Below are positions 51,951 to 64,000 of a stretch of 64,000 nucleotides of DNA, piece by piece. The notes beneath the pieces were generated by a model that worked only from the letters and a program-made list of their open reading frames with translations, had not been told where the DNA came from and searched no databases. The stretch spans positions 992,001 to 1,056,000 of the forward strand of contig NW_026782091.1 in assembly GCF_031769215.1 (NCBI RefSeq). Reading direction: 5' to 3'. The translations under genes and the position numbers were made by a program. The stretch's first letter is position 1. Each line of letters begins with the position of its first letter. Source of the stretch: Ylistrum balloti (Eukaryota).

Positions 51951-54925
51951 ATTGTTATAAGTTTGTGTGGAGCACTCATGGGGTCATGTTTGGCAGGTTT
52001 CCTTTAGATCTTTTACAAGTTTAGCCTATTTGATTATATAGTTGAAGGAGAGATAATTGTATCGTTTTTATCCTGAACAATCCCCAGATGATCAAAATAT
52101 TAAAGGACGAAGTTTGAGCTAATGTTGACAGAAATTTCAATACCGGTTTTAGAAAAAATCGCTTAAAACCAGCTATGGGTTCAATGCCATATAAATAAGG
52201 TACCACTGATGTATTCAGAAATGTAAGGCAATGGAAACTGATATAAGGAAAAAGACAAAAATTAAATGGTTAATTTCTTTTTTTATTGTGACCTTTTTTC
52301 AAGTATATAAATATACACATACAATTATAGAATGGACCACCAATTGAAATATATTTATTGCATAATACATTCTCATACACAAACACACTGCTGTGCCATT
52401 CAAACGCCATTCAACATAAAAAATGTAGTACTTTCACACTTTTCCATAGTTAAATCATCAAGGATCATGTTGTTTCAAGCTGGGTGATTGTTAGCACTCT
52501 TGATAAGCTGAGTTCAGACCCAGTTGTGAACCCAAAAAGTAAGTACTTCACATAGACCTAGTCAGCCCTGAACAACTACAAGATAATCAACATGAGGCAG
52601 AAAACAAAACGTGAGACTTCATCCATACTTGATCGGTTGCTGACACGATTTCCTTTCCAAAATAAAGAAATGTCAAGAACTCAGCTGAATCAATAGCACT
52701 GATTTCTTATTAGCAACTCTGACAGACATATCAAAAAGCAGATAACACAATACTGCTACACATGACATATCAATTTCGACAAGCCTTGTGAAGAAATAAA
52801 AAAAAATGTCATAGCAATTAAAGAATCTAACCAAATGATTTTGAATAATTTTTTTTCTCGAGTGAAAAATGTATTTTCAATAGTTTTGAGTTGGGATTTC
52901 CTTACAGTCAAAGAGGTACCATATTGTCAATGAATGACAAACTGCTTCATGAAAAAATGAAACCCATAGTAACTTTAAAAATCACAACTAAACATAAACT
53001 AAACTGATATTCACACCATGAACACATTGGTGGAAGAATATTCAAATCTCGTACAGCGCTGGAAATCCTCATCAAGAAATATCTAAAAGGACCAGAAATA
53101 TTTTAAGATTAATTTTTTTCCGAGGAGGATGAATACAGTTCAATGAATAAAGCCTTTAAAACACAGAATGCTGCCTTGCTTTGTTTTAAAATAATGCATG
53201 ACAATAGCTATTGAAAGCTGATCATTGTTCGACCAGTAAGAGGGAACAGATTACTAATGCCAGATTGATTTAGATAATATATTTATCTTATTGAAAAAAA
53301 TATTTGAAGGAGAAAGACTGTGTCTATATATACAGTTTATTTATAAATGTATTCCAGATACTATTTCTTTTTGTTGAGTACAAAGAAGTGCTTATAAATA
53401 TTTGCTTCATAAAAACATCAACAGATCTAGACATTAAGTAGTAAAACTATAATACAAGTTACAACCTGTTGTGAACATTCACACACTATCACCCAATACA
53501 GACAAATAAACATACACACTAGAAATAGGTGAGGATATATGCAAAAAAAAAGATTACAGGAAAAGGCAAGAAGTCAGGAAAATAGAAAAGGTTGAGAGGT
53601 AAAATAGGAATGAAAGAAGGACAGGAGATAGAAACTGTCACTCTATACCAAGATAAAAGAAAATTAGGTCAGTCTAATTGTGACTAAATTGTTCAGTTGT
53701 AAAAAGAGTACACATTTTAGGTGGATATACAACAGCCATTGCACTATACTTACTTTTAATTTAATTGAAACAATACAAAACAATTTTGTGGCAAGTTCTA
53801 AAAATGACTTTCTTTTAAATAGGCAAAGTGAAAATTATTTTACTACAATAACAATTTTTTCCCCAAAAAAGAAAGTAAAACATCAAGTCAAAATTTGACT
53901 TTTTTTCCTCTTTCCAACTCCTGCTAACTAAGCTATTAAAAGAGACACATACATATAGCTGAAGGGAAAAAAAATCAAGAAAATACAGAGATAATTTCTT
54001 TGACTGGCTGTACACCACTTGTTTTCTATAAATAGTACCCATCTTTTACATCAATGAGACTCCATAAATCTCGAGATCAAGGAAACATTCAGATGTGAGA
54101 GTCATAGTCCTCGTACAAATTCAGGAAGATTGGAAATGTTATGTTTTGGAACTTACATGTCACCAGTTCATCAGTAGGCACATTAAGCAAGGCATTTATG
54201 TAAATAAATCAGGTAATGAAAAACATCAATAAATCTAGTAAATTAAAGAACACAGAATATTTTACAAGTACAAAAAAAAAGACTTTCTTTTCTGAATAAA
54301 AAAATATAAATAAATGAAAAAACAGAGAACACATCTCCCTTTAAAACGACCTGATTTTTATGAAATTTTCTTATGGTCTCTTCATCATGATTAGAATGTA
54401 AAGGCAAACAAGATTATGCACAACTTTAAATTTTGGCCCAAGATGTCCCAGGAGGAATAACCTGTATGTAATATAATCCCAGAGGTAAGTTTTCACACTA
54501 TATACATATAAGTAATGGTATACACATTCCATGGATGGTCTATGATAAGTGGGAATTTAAAATGAATCTTCACTGTTCAATGTTAGCACTATTGTATGTC
54601 TATAGCTGCTTTGCATCACATGAAAAAGTATTCTTCCAAGTTGAAATATCGGACTACTGAAACCTTTAACTGCAAATTGTGTTTTTCCTCTGCTCCAAGA
54701 AAAACAATACCTCAGTATGAAATATGTTTTTCTAATTTATGAGGAATAGCAATCCAATTAAAACTATAAATTTTCAACAATATTGAATAGAAAGGTATAT
54801 GAAAAAGCAACGTTTAATCTAAATGTCTACTTCAGTAAACCAAGAACCTGTTTTTCCTCATTTTGAAGCCAATTTTAAGGCAAATTTGAGTTCAAGATAA
54901 TTGATGTCATGTTTGTGACTAGAGA

Positions 54926-57900
54926 TCAAAATGCTGGTGTCGTGAGATTGGCTGGAAGTCCAGATTTGTCCAAGTTAGCAAAGTAGGAATGATTGAGCGC
55001 CCTCTTTGCAGAGATTCTGTACGCTGGATCATAAATCAACATTTGCTGGAAAAAAAGAAGAAAGAAAGTTAATATTGTCACAGTACAATAAAACCTTATC
55101 CTACCACATCATTCTTTAAGCATTTAACACACTGGCAGGCTTTGTGATGTGTGAACATAAAATAATAAAATTACAAGTAAATGAACAAAAACAAAAGGAA
55201 AACTATTGTTTTTAAATAATGTTACAAACGAAGGAAGCTCTGCAGGGTAAAAAACACACAAAGTTGAAACTTTGAAGTTTGAGGGAGGACAGTTTAAATG
55301 GTTCTACTGAGAGATGGTGCATTATTTCTTACACACTAAAAGGTTGTAGGTCACACCTATGAACAATTAACTCAATCTCATCATCTGCCATCCACAGGGA
55401 CAGCTACCAACTTAAATAATTATTTTTCATATCCAAACCATTATATCACTGCCTACAGTGGACTGTATGCTCTTCAATTCAAGATTCAAAGATTTATGCT
55501 AACACATGGTTTATCATATCGTTAAAAGAAATCTACCACAAACCTAAAGCATGCCTCACATTGTGTATCACTAAACTTCAAGCTATCATTTAGGGGTGAT
55601 TTCACCAACTGGAATCTATGGTCCAGCATACCGATATTTGAACAGGAAATATTGCAGTGTATATGTTAATGTTTATACAGAGACATGTCACAGGAATACG
55701 TAGATAACATTGTCAAAGTAACAAACAAGTCTCTCTGTACTAATACAAGGGGTGCACAAAAGCCTAAAATTTCACTTTGTTATAACGAGTTGAAAGTGTA
55801 TAATGTATGCAAATCCAAGTTTTTGTGTCAAAGTATCCTCTTGTGCTACTATAGGAAATTGTGATTCCCACCTGAAGCATCAATACCGAATATTGATATC
55901 ACAGCACAATTAAAAGGCATGTGTAGTGATGCTTATCAACACCAAAATCACTACATTCAATATTATGAAATTGATTTTTTCTTCTGGTTGTTAATTATGT
56001 AAGAGATGATTTTTTGTGTGTCCCAACCAGTATTCCTTTGAAACTTTGTGCCAAAACCTTTACAATAGATATGACATGGCACATCTAAATCCAAAAATTA
56101 CATTAGAGAAAACCATTGAATTCTTAAGTGTTTTAAAATAGTTTTCTTTCCAAAATTATTCATTCCCACTCCAGGTAGTATAATTTAACTCCCACAGCAA
56201 CTCTCAAAAACAAAAACAAACTAAAAAAAAAAACCAGACCTTTCTCTAAAAAGTCTTGTATAAAGACTCCTAGAAGTAAAAAATTACACCCATAGAAAAC
56301 CTGAAACAAAATATCGGTACCCTAGTCATTTAAAAAAGTTTTTTTTTTCATACCTTTTGAAGCTTGCACCAAAAACTTACACATTTAGATACTTACACCA
56401 GTGCTACAGTGAGAACATATGCTCCCTCTTTGAGAGGCAAGCTAAAAAGGACCGACAAATGACAGCTTTTTGTCTTCAACAAATCAAATAAAATACATAA
56501 ACTAATCATGATAGACATCTCTGAGTTGATCATTAAGATTCACATCATCATATTTGCATCACTGTACCTGTAAGATATCCAGACCAGTATTGTCCAGTTG
56601 TTTGACCGCTGAGGCCAGCTGATTCGTTCTCCAGTTTGGAAATGTGGGTTTGTAATCTGGCATGTTTGTCACTCCTGGCCAGTCTTCTTCAGTGGGTGTG
56701 GTCAGTGTTCTGTAACACAAATGAATTGTTAAGTTTGTTTGTTGTGTCCATTGCCTCATGAACATCATTTAAGAAACTCAGTCTCCAGGAGAAAGCGTCC
56801 AACCCTACACCTCAGATCTTCACTTGAGGTTGTGTAGGCTTATGCTCTACAAAATGACCATAGCTCCTTTGATTGCTGGGTAATAAAGCATAAAAGTTTA
56901 ACAGTCAAAACAGAAAACATAGCAGCATTCAAAATTTTCATGAATAAAACTGAAACTTCAATACTTGGTTGAACATCACTTCAAATGTATTTGCAACCCA
57001 CCTGAATATCCGGAAAAGTTGATCAATTTCAGAATCTCCATGAAACAGTGGTCGCTTCGTGATCATTTCAGCGAATATACAACCTATACTCCAGATATCA
57101 ACAGGGGTAGAATATCTCTGACAACCAAGCAAGATTTCTGGAGCACGATACCACAGGGTCACAACCTAGATAAGAATAATCATAACATATGACATGTAAC
57201 ACACAAAAACGTTAACAAATAACACACAAACATGCTAACAATCAAAATATCATTAAATTTTATATATATATATATATATATATTTATGGTTAAATTCTCT
57301 CGTTATCTACTTGTATGTTATCTCCATTAAAAAAATGATGAAGCATAACCAACTCAATTAAATTGTTTTTTTTGCATTTTCTTAGTCTTTGATCAGACAA
57401 GCTTTGATTTTAGGCTTTTAATGACAAAATACTCTCTTTTCCCTTTTCCACTTCCAAATGAAATTGAAAACAAAAATATAGACAACACTTCCAAGATGTC
57501 TCAATTTTTTTTTATTCCTACTAAAGTGCTCAAAGAAGCACAAACACCCTGAAGTTAAATTAATGGGCATCGAAGCCTAACATCTGATGTGACAGATTCT
57601 TCGCAATATTGTATCACTGAATGATTTGTAATAATCACAGAACTACATACCTCATGTGTGTAGACTCTGACAGGGATACCGAAAGCCCTTGCCAGGCCAA
57701 AGTCTGCCAATTTGATAATTCCCTTGTTATCGATGAGAAGATTCTGTGGTTTTAGGTCGCGGTGTAATACTCGCCGCTGATGACAAAACAGTATACCTTG
57801 CATAATCTGGTACAGGTAACTCTGTAAACATAAACAATACAAATATTTTTACACATACCCCTACTCCAATCAGGAAGAGGCACTGGCTTCCAGGAAAACA

Positions 57901-60900
57901 ATGAATGGAAATACAGGAAATTACTTCAAAGTCCTTGTTTCTTCAATGTCAACATTCCAACTTTTCAAACAACCACTTTTTAACCAAGCTGTTGGCAAGT
58001 GGGATCTAAAAGTTGGACTTGCTTAAGAAAAAAGCAAATTCTCCTTTTGAACATCATAACATACAAAATTGGCACAGATTTTTTGTCACCACTGATCCAG
58101 GTCACATACCTTGACTAACATTTTATCCATAAATTGGCCAGACGGTATGGAGTCCATGTAGCGTTTCAGGTCCATCGACAGAAACTCAAACACAAGAAAG
58201 AGCTTGTTCTCCTGCATAAGGACATCTTCTAGCCTGTAAAAAAATTGTCTCATTTCATTGACGGTACACTCACAAAGAGAAACAAAAGCAAAATAAATGA
58301 ATGGGATATGACATTTACATGCCTACCTCTGACCTTTCAACTTTTGACACATGACCACATAAGTCTAGTCAAGATGTAGAGCTTTACTTTTATACAGTGG
58401 AAAAATAGTCTGATATATTTTGGAGGAGTTAATAATATACCTGTTGGCTTTTCCCTAATTTTTTCTATGGCCATGCCCCTGGCTGTAGCAACAGAAGGAT
58501 GGCAAAGTGTGGTCCAAATATACCCAACAACATGTGCTAAACATATCCACCAACATTAAGTAAAATATAACCCCCTAAATATTAGGTAAATGGTCTTTCA
58601 GAGGAAACTGCTGCATCTTTGCAAAGAAAGCTTCTCATCTAACTTTCAGTAAATATGTCTGATAGTCTGACGCTGTTCAGTCAGGCTATATCCGACAGCT
58701 GATACTGTCCAGTACTATCTGAACCAGCCTGATACTGTCCAGTACTATCTGAAACAGCCTGATACTGTCCAGTACTATCTGAACCAGTCTGATACTGTTC
58801 AGTACTATCTAAACCAGCCTGATACTGTCCAGTACTATCTGAAACAGCCTGATACTGTCCAGTACTATCTGAAACAGCCTGATACTGTCCAGTACTATCT
58901 GAAACAGCCTGATACTGTCCAGTACTATCTGAAACAGCCTGATACTGTTCAGTACTATCTGAAACAGCCTGATACTGTTCAGTACTATCTGAAACAGTCT
59001 GATACTGTTCAGTACTATCAGAAAGAGTCTGATACTGTTCAGTACTATCTGAAACAGTCTGATACTGTCCAGTACTATCTGAAACAGTCTGATACTGTCC
59101 AGTACTATCTGAAACAGCCTGATACTGTCCAGTACTATCTGAAACAGTCAGATACTATTCAGTACTATCTGAACCAGCCTGATACTGTCCAGTACTATCT
59201 GAAACAGTCTGATACTGTCCAGTACTATCTTAACCAGCCTGATACTGTCCAGTACTATCTTAACCATCCTAATACTGTCCAGTACTATCTGAAACAGCCT
59301 GATACTGTTCAGTACTATCTGAAACAGTCTGATACTGTTCAGTACTATCTGAAATAGCCAGATACTGTTTAGTCAGGCTATACCCGACAGTTGGTACTGT
59401 CCAGTACTCTCTGAAATAGCCAGATACTGTTCAGTCAGGCTACATCTGGCACCTGGTACTGTCCAGTACTATCTGAAACAGCCAGATACTGTTCAGTACT
59501 ATCAGAAAGAGTCTGATACTGTTCAGTACTATCTGAAACAGTCTGATACTGTCCAGTACTATCTGAAACAGTCTGATACTGTCCAGTACTATCTGAAACA
59601 GCCTGATACTGTCCAGTACTATCTGAAACAGTCAGATACTATTCAGTACTATCTGAACCAGCCTGATACTGTCCAGTACTATCTGAAACAGTCTGATACT
59701 GTCCAGTACTATCTTAACCAGCCTGATACTGTCCAGTACTATCTTAACCAGCCTAATACTGTCCAGTACTATCTGAAACAGCCTGATACTGTTCAGTACT
59801 ATCTGAAACAGTCTGATACTGTTCAGTACTATCTGAAATAGCCAGATACTTTTTAGTCAGGCTATACCCGACAGTTGGTACTGTCCAGTACTCTCTGAAA
59901 TAGCCAGATACTGTTCAGTCAGGCTACATCTGGCACCTGGTACTGTCCAGTACTATCTGAAACAGCCAGATACTGTTCAGTCAGGCTAAACTTTTGTTTA
60001 ACTGGTAATGGCAACACCATTTCTAAGTCAAAGGAAAAAACCCACTTGAACGCTTTAAAATAGCAAACTAAAAGGTCTGAAAAGATTAGTGAGGCAAATA
60101 AACTTGCTTAGCTTTAAATAAGCTTATGTTTCTGGGTATGTTACAGGAATAACTCTTTAATTCATCGTATCCTTGACGGATGTGATTTTACCTCTTTCAT
60201 GAACACCTTTTCTCTGTCTCTAAAATATAGTCAACAAAAATGTAACTATCAATAACAGCATAATAAATGTGAATATTGGCATAAAGTTAGCATATCAGAA
60301 GCAGGCATTTTCAGCCTAGTCCTACATGCCCCATAATACTTGCTAAAACGTTCCATCATATCCAAAATTATAAGCTAAATGTTTCAAATAAAAATATAAC
60401 TCACTATATTAGCTGAAGATTCCATACATACTCCACAAAATTAACATATTATCACCTAAATGGCCTAAACACACCCAACAAACAAGATAAGCTAAAAGTC
60501 AAAACATACCCGACAATATTGGGATGCTGTAATTCTTTCAATAATGATATTTCTCTGATTGCTGTGGAGGGAACACCTTCCTCTTCACTCTCCAGACGGA
60601 TTTTCTTTAATGCAACAGTTCTGTTTGACTTTTTGTGTCTGCCTTTGTAGACAACTCCATATGTACCTGTTGAATACAAAACCAACATCTGTCAGATGTT
60701 TTTGTCCAAAGTTGATTGACAAGACTTAATAATCTTGGTATGTGTTGTGTCTTGTTCTTTTTAGAATGATGACAAACTCCACAATGTACAGTATGTACAT
60801 GTTTATTCGTTTATATCTAGGCGGGAACTCATACCAAGAACAAAACATTGAATCTAACTACTATGCATCTCCAATGTCCATAATGCAGGACCTAACCAAT

Positions 60901-63044
60901 TAATACAGGCCATCAGGTAATGGACTGGATTTCATGTATGCGTAATTATTTGAACTTGTGTATGCAAATACTTTAACATTTCGGTGCTGCATCTGGCCTG
61001 TCAAAACATGTGCATGATATAGAATTTTTTATTGAATAATAGTACAGGAAAATTTACCCTAAAAGTCCTTCAAATTATTTAGTTTATATGCTTTTACTCC
61101 TGAATTTTCGTTGGGACTCATATCTTAATTAGTCTTGGATATCTGCATAACTCTCTTGTTAAAGTTATGAATATTGACACACGTACACATGTAGGGATCT
61201 GAGTACATGTGTCATGTGTACTTGCAAAAACACCTATCACAAAACAATTTTATACCTATGAAAATGAAACGCCAAAATCATCAAAAATCTTGAACACCTG
61301 TATTTATAAACATAATCCATGTTATATATAAAAGTCATTTCATAAAAGTAACAGCCGTTCTTTATACCACATTCAGTTAACAGTATTCCAAAATGTATGT
61401 AATTGAATATCAGTCAAAGGCATTGCAAGAAAACAGGATCATTTGAGAAGTGTCTGTCTTCTACACTAATGTTGACATACCGGTAGATTAGACATGGTCA
61501 GTCAAAGAAATACCTTGATGTCACATGTACCATGTGATCGAGCATCTCATTAAATTTCTCTTTCAAGCATATTGAATACTTTGAGACCAGCTAAAAACAG
61601 GTATCGGGACATTTGAGTGGCACCATCTGGTTGGTAGTGCTATCTAGATTAAGACGTAACAGAATTCAGCAAAATCAAAATTGTGACCAAAATCCTTCAA
61701 TGGTTTGTGATTTCTTATATTATGGTTAAATTTACAATTTACTGAATTTGATTCTGTACTAATCATAAGTAACAGACAACCAACTTGGCCAAATTCTCCA
61801 TTTTGACAAACTATAACCAAACAGACAAAGAATCAAGTTTGTGATTTATCACTGAAAGAATTGTAAGGACTGTTAGAGCAATTTACAGCACTTACAGCAG
61901 AACAGTAGAATAAATCAAATATGCAACAACCACACCAATTAAACTGTTTCAGTTTTCCATATTAATAGCTGCCCAGTATCCAAAACAGAATGTCAGATAT
62001 AACCTAAATATTTCAGGTTCAGACGAAAAGAGTTTAGTGGGCTTCTTAATATCACAAGTTTCTTAAATCAGTATATTTGTTCAGTTTTTCTACTATTCCA
62101 AAAATAAAGATCATAGGGTGTCCTCACACGTGCCTATTCTTAAAACAAAAGAAGTATAGACCAGGTGTATTTTATACCTGAGTTTCATCGTGTGTGTCAG
62201 AAGGTCTATGTGTGTGTTCCTGTGATTGGTGTGCCATGAGTTGTAAATCGCCCTGACCAGTGATGGAGGGACCGTAGGACTTACCACGGATTTTACCCTG
62301 CACCCCTTTCTATCCACCTGTAACTCTCTCTAAGATCCCGCCATCAGGACTCGTAAGAGTAAGGACATGCTCTGACTACCATCTATAAAACGTACATATG
62401 GGGTCCAACACGAGCATATCGCCCACATGGACGGTTAACCGCTCGTAGCCTGGTAAGTGTACATGTGTATACAGTTGTAGGTATACTTTTGTTTTCTGTT
62501 CCATTATAGCATGTTCTACATTTGTGTGTGACTGTTGTATGTTGTAGGTTCTTAATGTTGTAGGTTTTTGTTACACGTCATCAAAACATCTGGAAGAATT
62601 CTGGTCTGAGGTCTTCTACCTCAATCACCTCCACCTTGCAGAAAATTATTATGGAAAATTAATCACTCAGAACTTTACCGAAATACTTTAAAACTTACAA
62701 CTCATTGATATCTAGGATATTGATCTGATAAAAAAGTTTACCTTTGCAAATGACCTAATTTCAATCTCACAAAAGAAATATTTGTGCTGATGAGTTTGCA
62801 CTCGGGCACGACTATATATTTTTTCATCCAGACATGACTTATCTTTTTTAATTTGAACACTGATATCAATTTTGACCTACACAGTAAGTAACTAGGTTGG
62901 CTTGCACTTCTAAGACAAGGTATACAAATAGTATGACTGAATAATACTATATTTGATTTTTTTTTTCTTATCCGATCGACTTGTATTATTTTCCTACTAA
63001 AACGCACCTTCACCAATTTTCTCGATCTTGATATAATCCTCCAT
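54926..63044 (-). CDS. CDK1: Cyclin-dependent kinase 1 (cdc2); 7 coding exons, 304 aa
   Basis: Exons (-): 63044-63008, 60666-60510, 58233-58110, 57821-57651, 57165-57002, 56709-56568, 55045-54926; total 915 nt. Motifs [16 protein letters not shown] (T14/Y15), [41 protein letters not shown] (T161), [21 protein letters not shown] and FHGD distinguish CDK1 from CDK2. Confidence 0.97.
57261..57283. repeat. (TA)n microsatellite in CDK1 intron 4
   Basis: About 11 TA units, seen directly. Confidence 0.9.
58672..59990. repeat. 30-bp minisatellite (about 43 units) in CDK1 intron 2, with a 484-bp higher-order duplication
   Basis: Unit gatactgtccagtactatctgaaacagcct. Variant landmarks such as agtcaggctatacccgacag recur at 59371 and 59855. 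Confidence 0.97.
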
Positions 63045-63599
63045 TGTCTGGCCCTCGATCAAAAATTGTTCCCGTTAACTTAGACGTTTCTGAAACAATA
63101 CAAATTCCATGGTTTATATGATTCACTCAATATCCACAGAATGCCACAAACACATTTGCGATATCATGAAACATGCATTTGAAATAAGTATTATTTTGCT
63201 GTTGTGTTCAGAGCGGAAGTCAATCCGCTCAAGTTTGAACATGTTATAATAACGAACTACGATTCGAGGTCATCAAACTGCTAACAAAAAAACAACAGCA
63301 GACGTATTTCTTGTGTCTGTGATTTGAATAATTATCACACAGGCATATAATGAGAAGAAGTTCTCGATTGAAAGAAAAACTTTCTCAATTTCGAACTTTG
63401 AAAATTAACGAAGTCATTCACTCGGTCGCATGCCTGTGATATTACTTATGAAAATCAAAGTTTCGTGGTGTTTATTGTTTCTATAAACCATAAATACGGA
63501 ATGAGGTGGCTTAATTATAAAATATCGAGATATTATACAACGAACAGATACTTTTCATAGCCCGTGAACAGATAAAAGGGTAAAAATTTAGAAACACAT

Positions 63600-63700
63600 G
63601 TGAAATTACAAACCTTTCTCCACTTCAGAAATACCGCTGTTTCGAATCATCCAATCAAATCCAAGCTTTCAAAATGTAAATAAAATGCATTCAGAAAGCT
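63600..63700 (-). promoter_or_regulatory. Candidate CDK1 promoter / non-coding first exon
   Basis: CCAAT at 63651-63655 and CHR-like TTTGAA (- strand) at 63673-63668. Minus-strand donor AAG/GTTTGT at 63613 and acceptor TTTCAG at 63090 upstream of the ATG. CCAAT/CHR control of G2/M genes is established in mammals; the assignment here is inference. Confidence 0.3.
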
Positions 63701-64000
63701 TCGGACCTTTACATTTCACTGAGTGCGTGTATGTAAACACACAAGAAATCCGAAGAAGTGGTGTCTTGTGACAGAAACAAGCAGAGAACTGAAAGCTGTT
63801 GAAGTGACAGGTAGAACGATCATTTTACGTGAAAAAAGGTCTACTATCTTACCATATCATTAATCCTTACTCGTTAGAGGTTTCGTATTATCGTAAAAAG
63901 TGTCAATATCTATATATTCTCTATCAATGAGGATAATAAGGCTGTCAACAGAAATGGAACACCACACGTGATTCTGAATCAATGTTTATGTGTTTTATTT

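Noticed and set aside
56690-56709. RTLTTP instead of the vertebrate ALGTP in CDK1
   Set aside because: This position varies among invertebrate CDK1s and all catalytic and regulatory motifs are intact.
58672-59990. CRISPR-like array (also considered for 39248-39575)
   Set aside because: Head-to-tail units with no unique spacers, inside a eukaryotic intron, and no cas genes; these are minisatellites.
1-64000. tRNA, rRNA or snRNA genes
   Set aside because: No cloverleaf with A/B boxes and no rRNA or snRNA signature recognised by eye; a tRNAscan/Infernal run would be needed to exclude them fully.

Overview
AT-rich eukaryotic genomic DNA with two N-gaps. Bivalve mollusc is my inference from the repeat families; I cannot confirm it. 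The window is dominated by a large inverted segmental duplication: left arm about 4570-19540, right arm about 27311-50345, around a roughly 7.8-kb single-copy spacer. Each arm carries an intact 13-exon SLC6 (neurotransmitter:sodium symporter) amino-acid-transporter gene: 628 aa on the - strand and 629 aa on the + strand, about 95% identical by manual count. An SLC16/MCT-like transporter starts in the spacer and ends in the right arm (12 TM, start codon not located). The left arm holds only a 5'-truncated, frameshifted pseudogene of it. A complete 7-exon CDK1 gene (304 aa, - strand) fills the right end. The rest is decayed CR1-group LINE and Penelope-like fragments, MITE/HINE-like repeats, minisatellites (45-bp unit; 30-bp unit with a 484-bp higher-order repeat) and an 8.5-kb block present only in the right arm. 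The most interesting signals are remodelled Na1/Cl- ion-site residues in both SLC6 copies, loss of canonical charged residues in the MCT, patchwork identity between the arms suggesting gene conversion, and a degenerate hammerhead-ribozyme core. All exon models were built by hand from GT-AG boundaries and reading-frame continuity; no database search was run.
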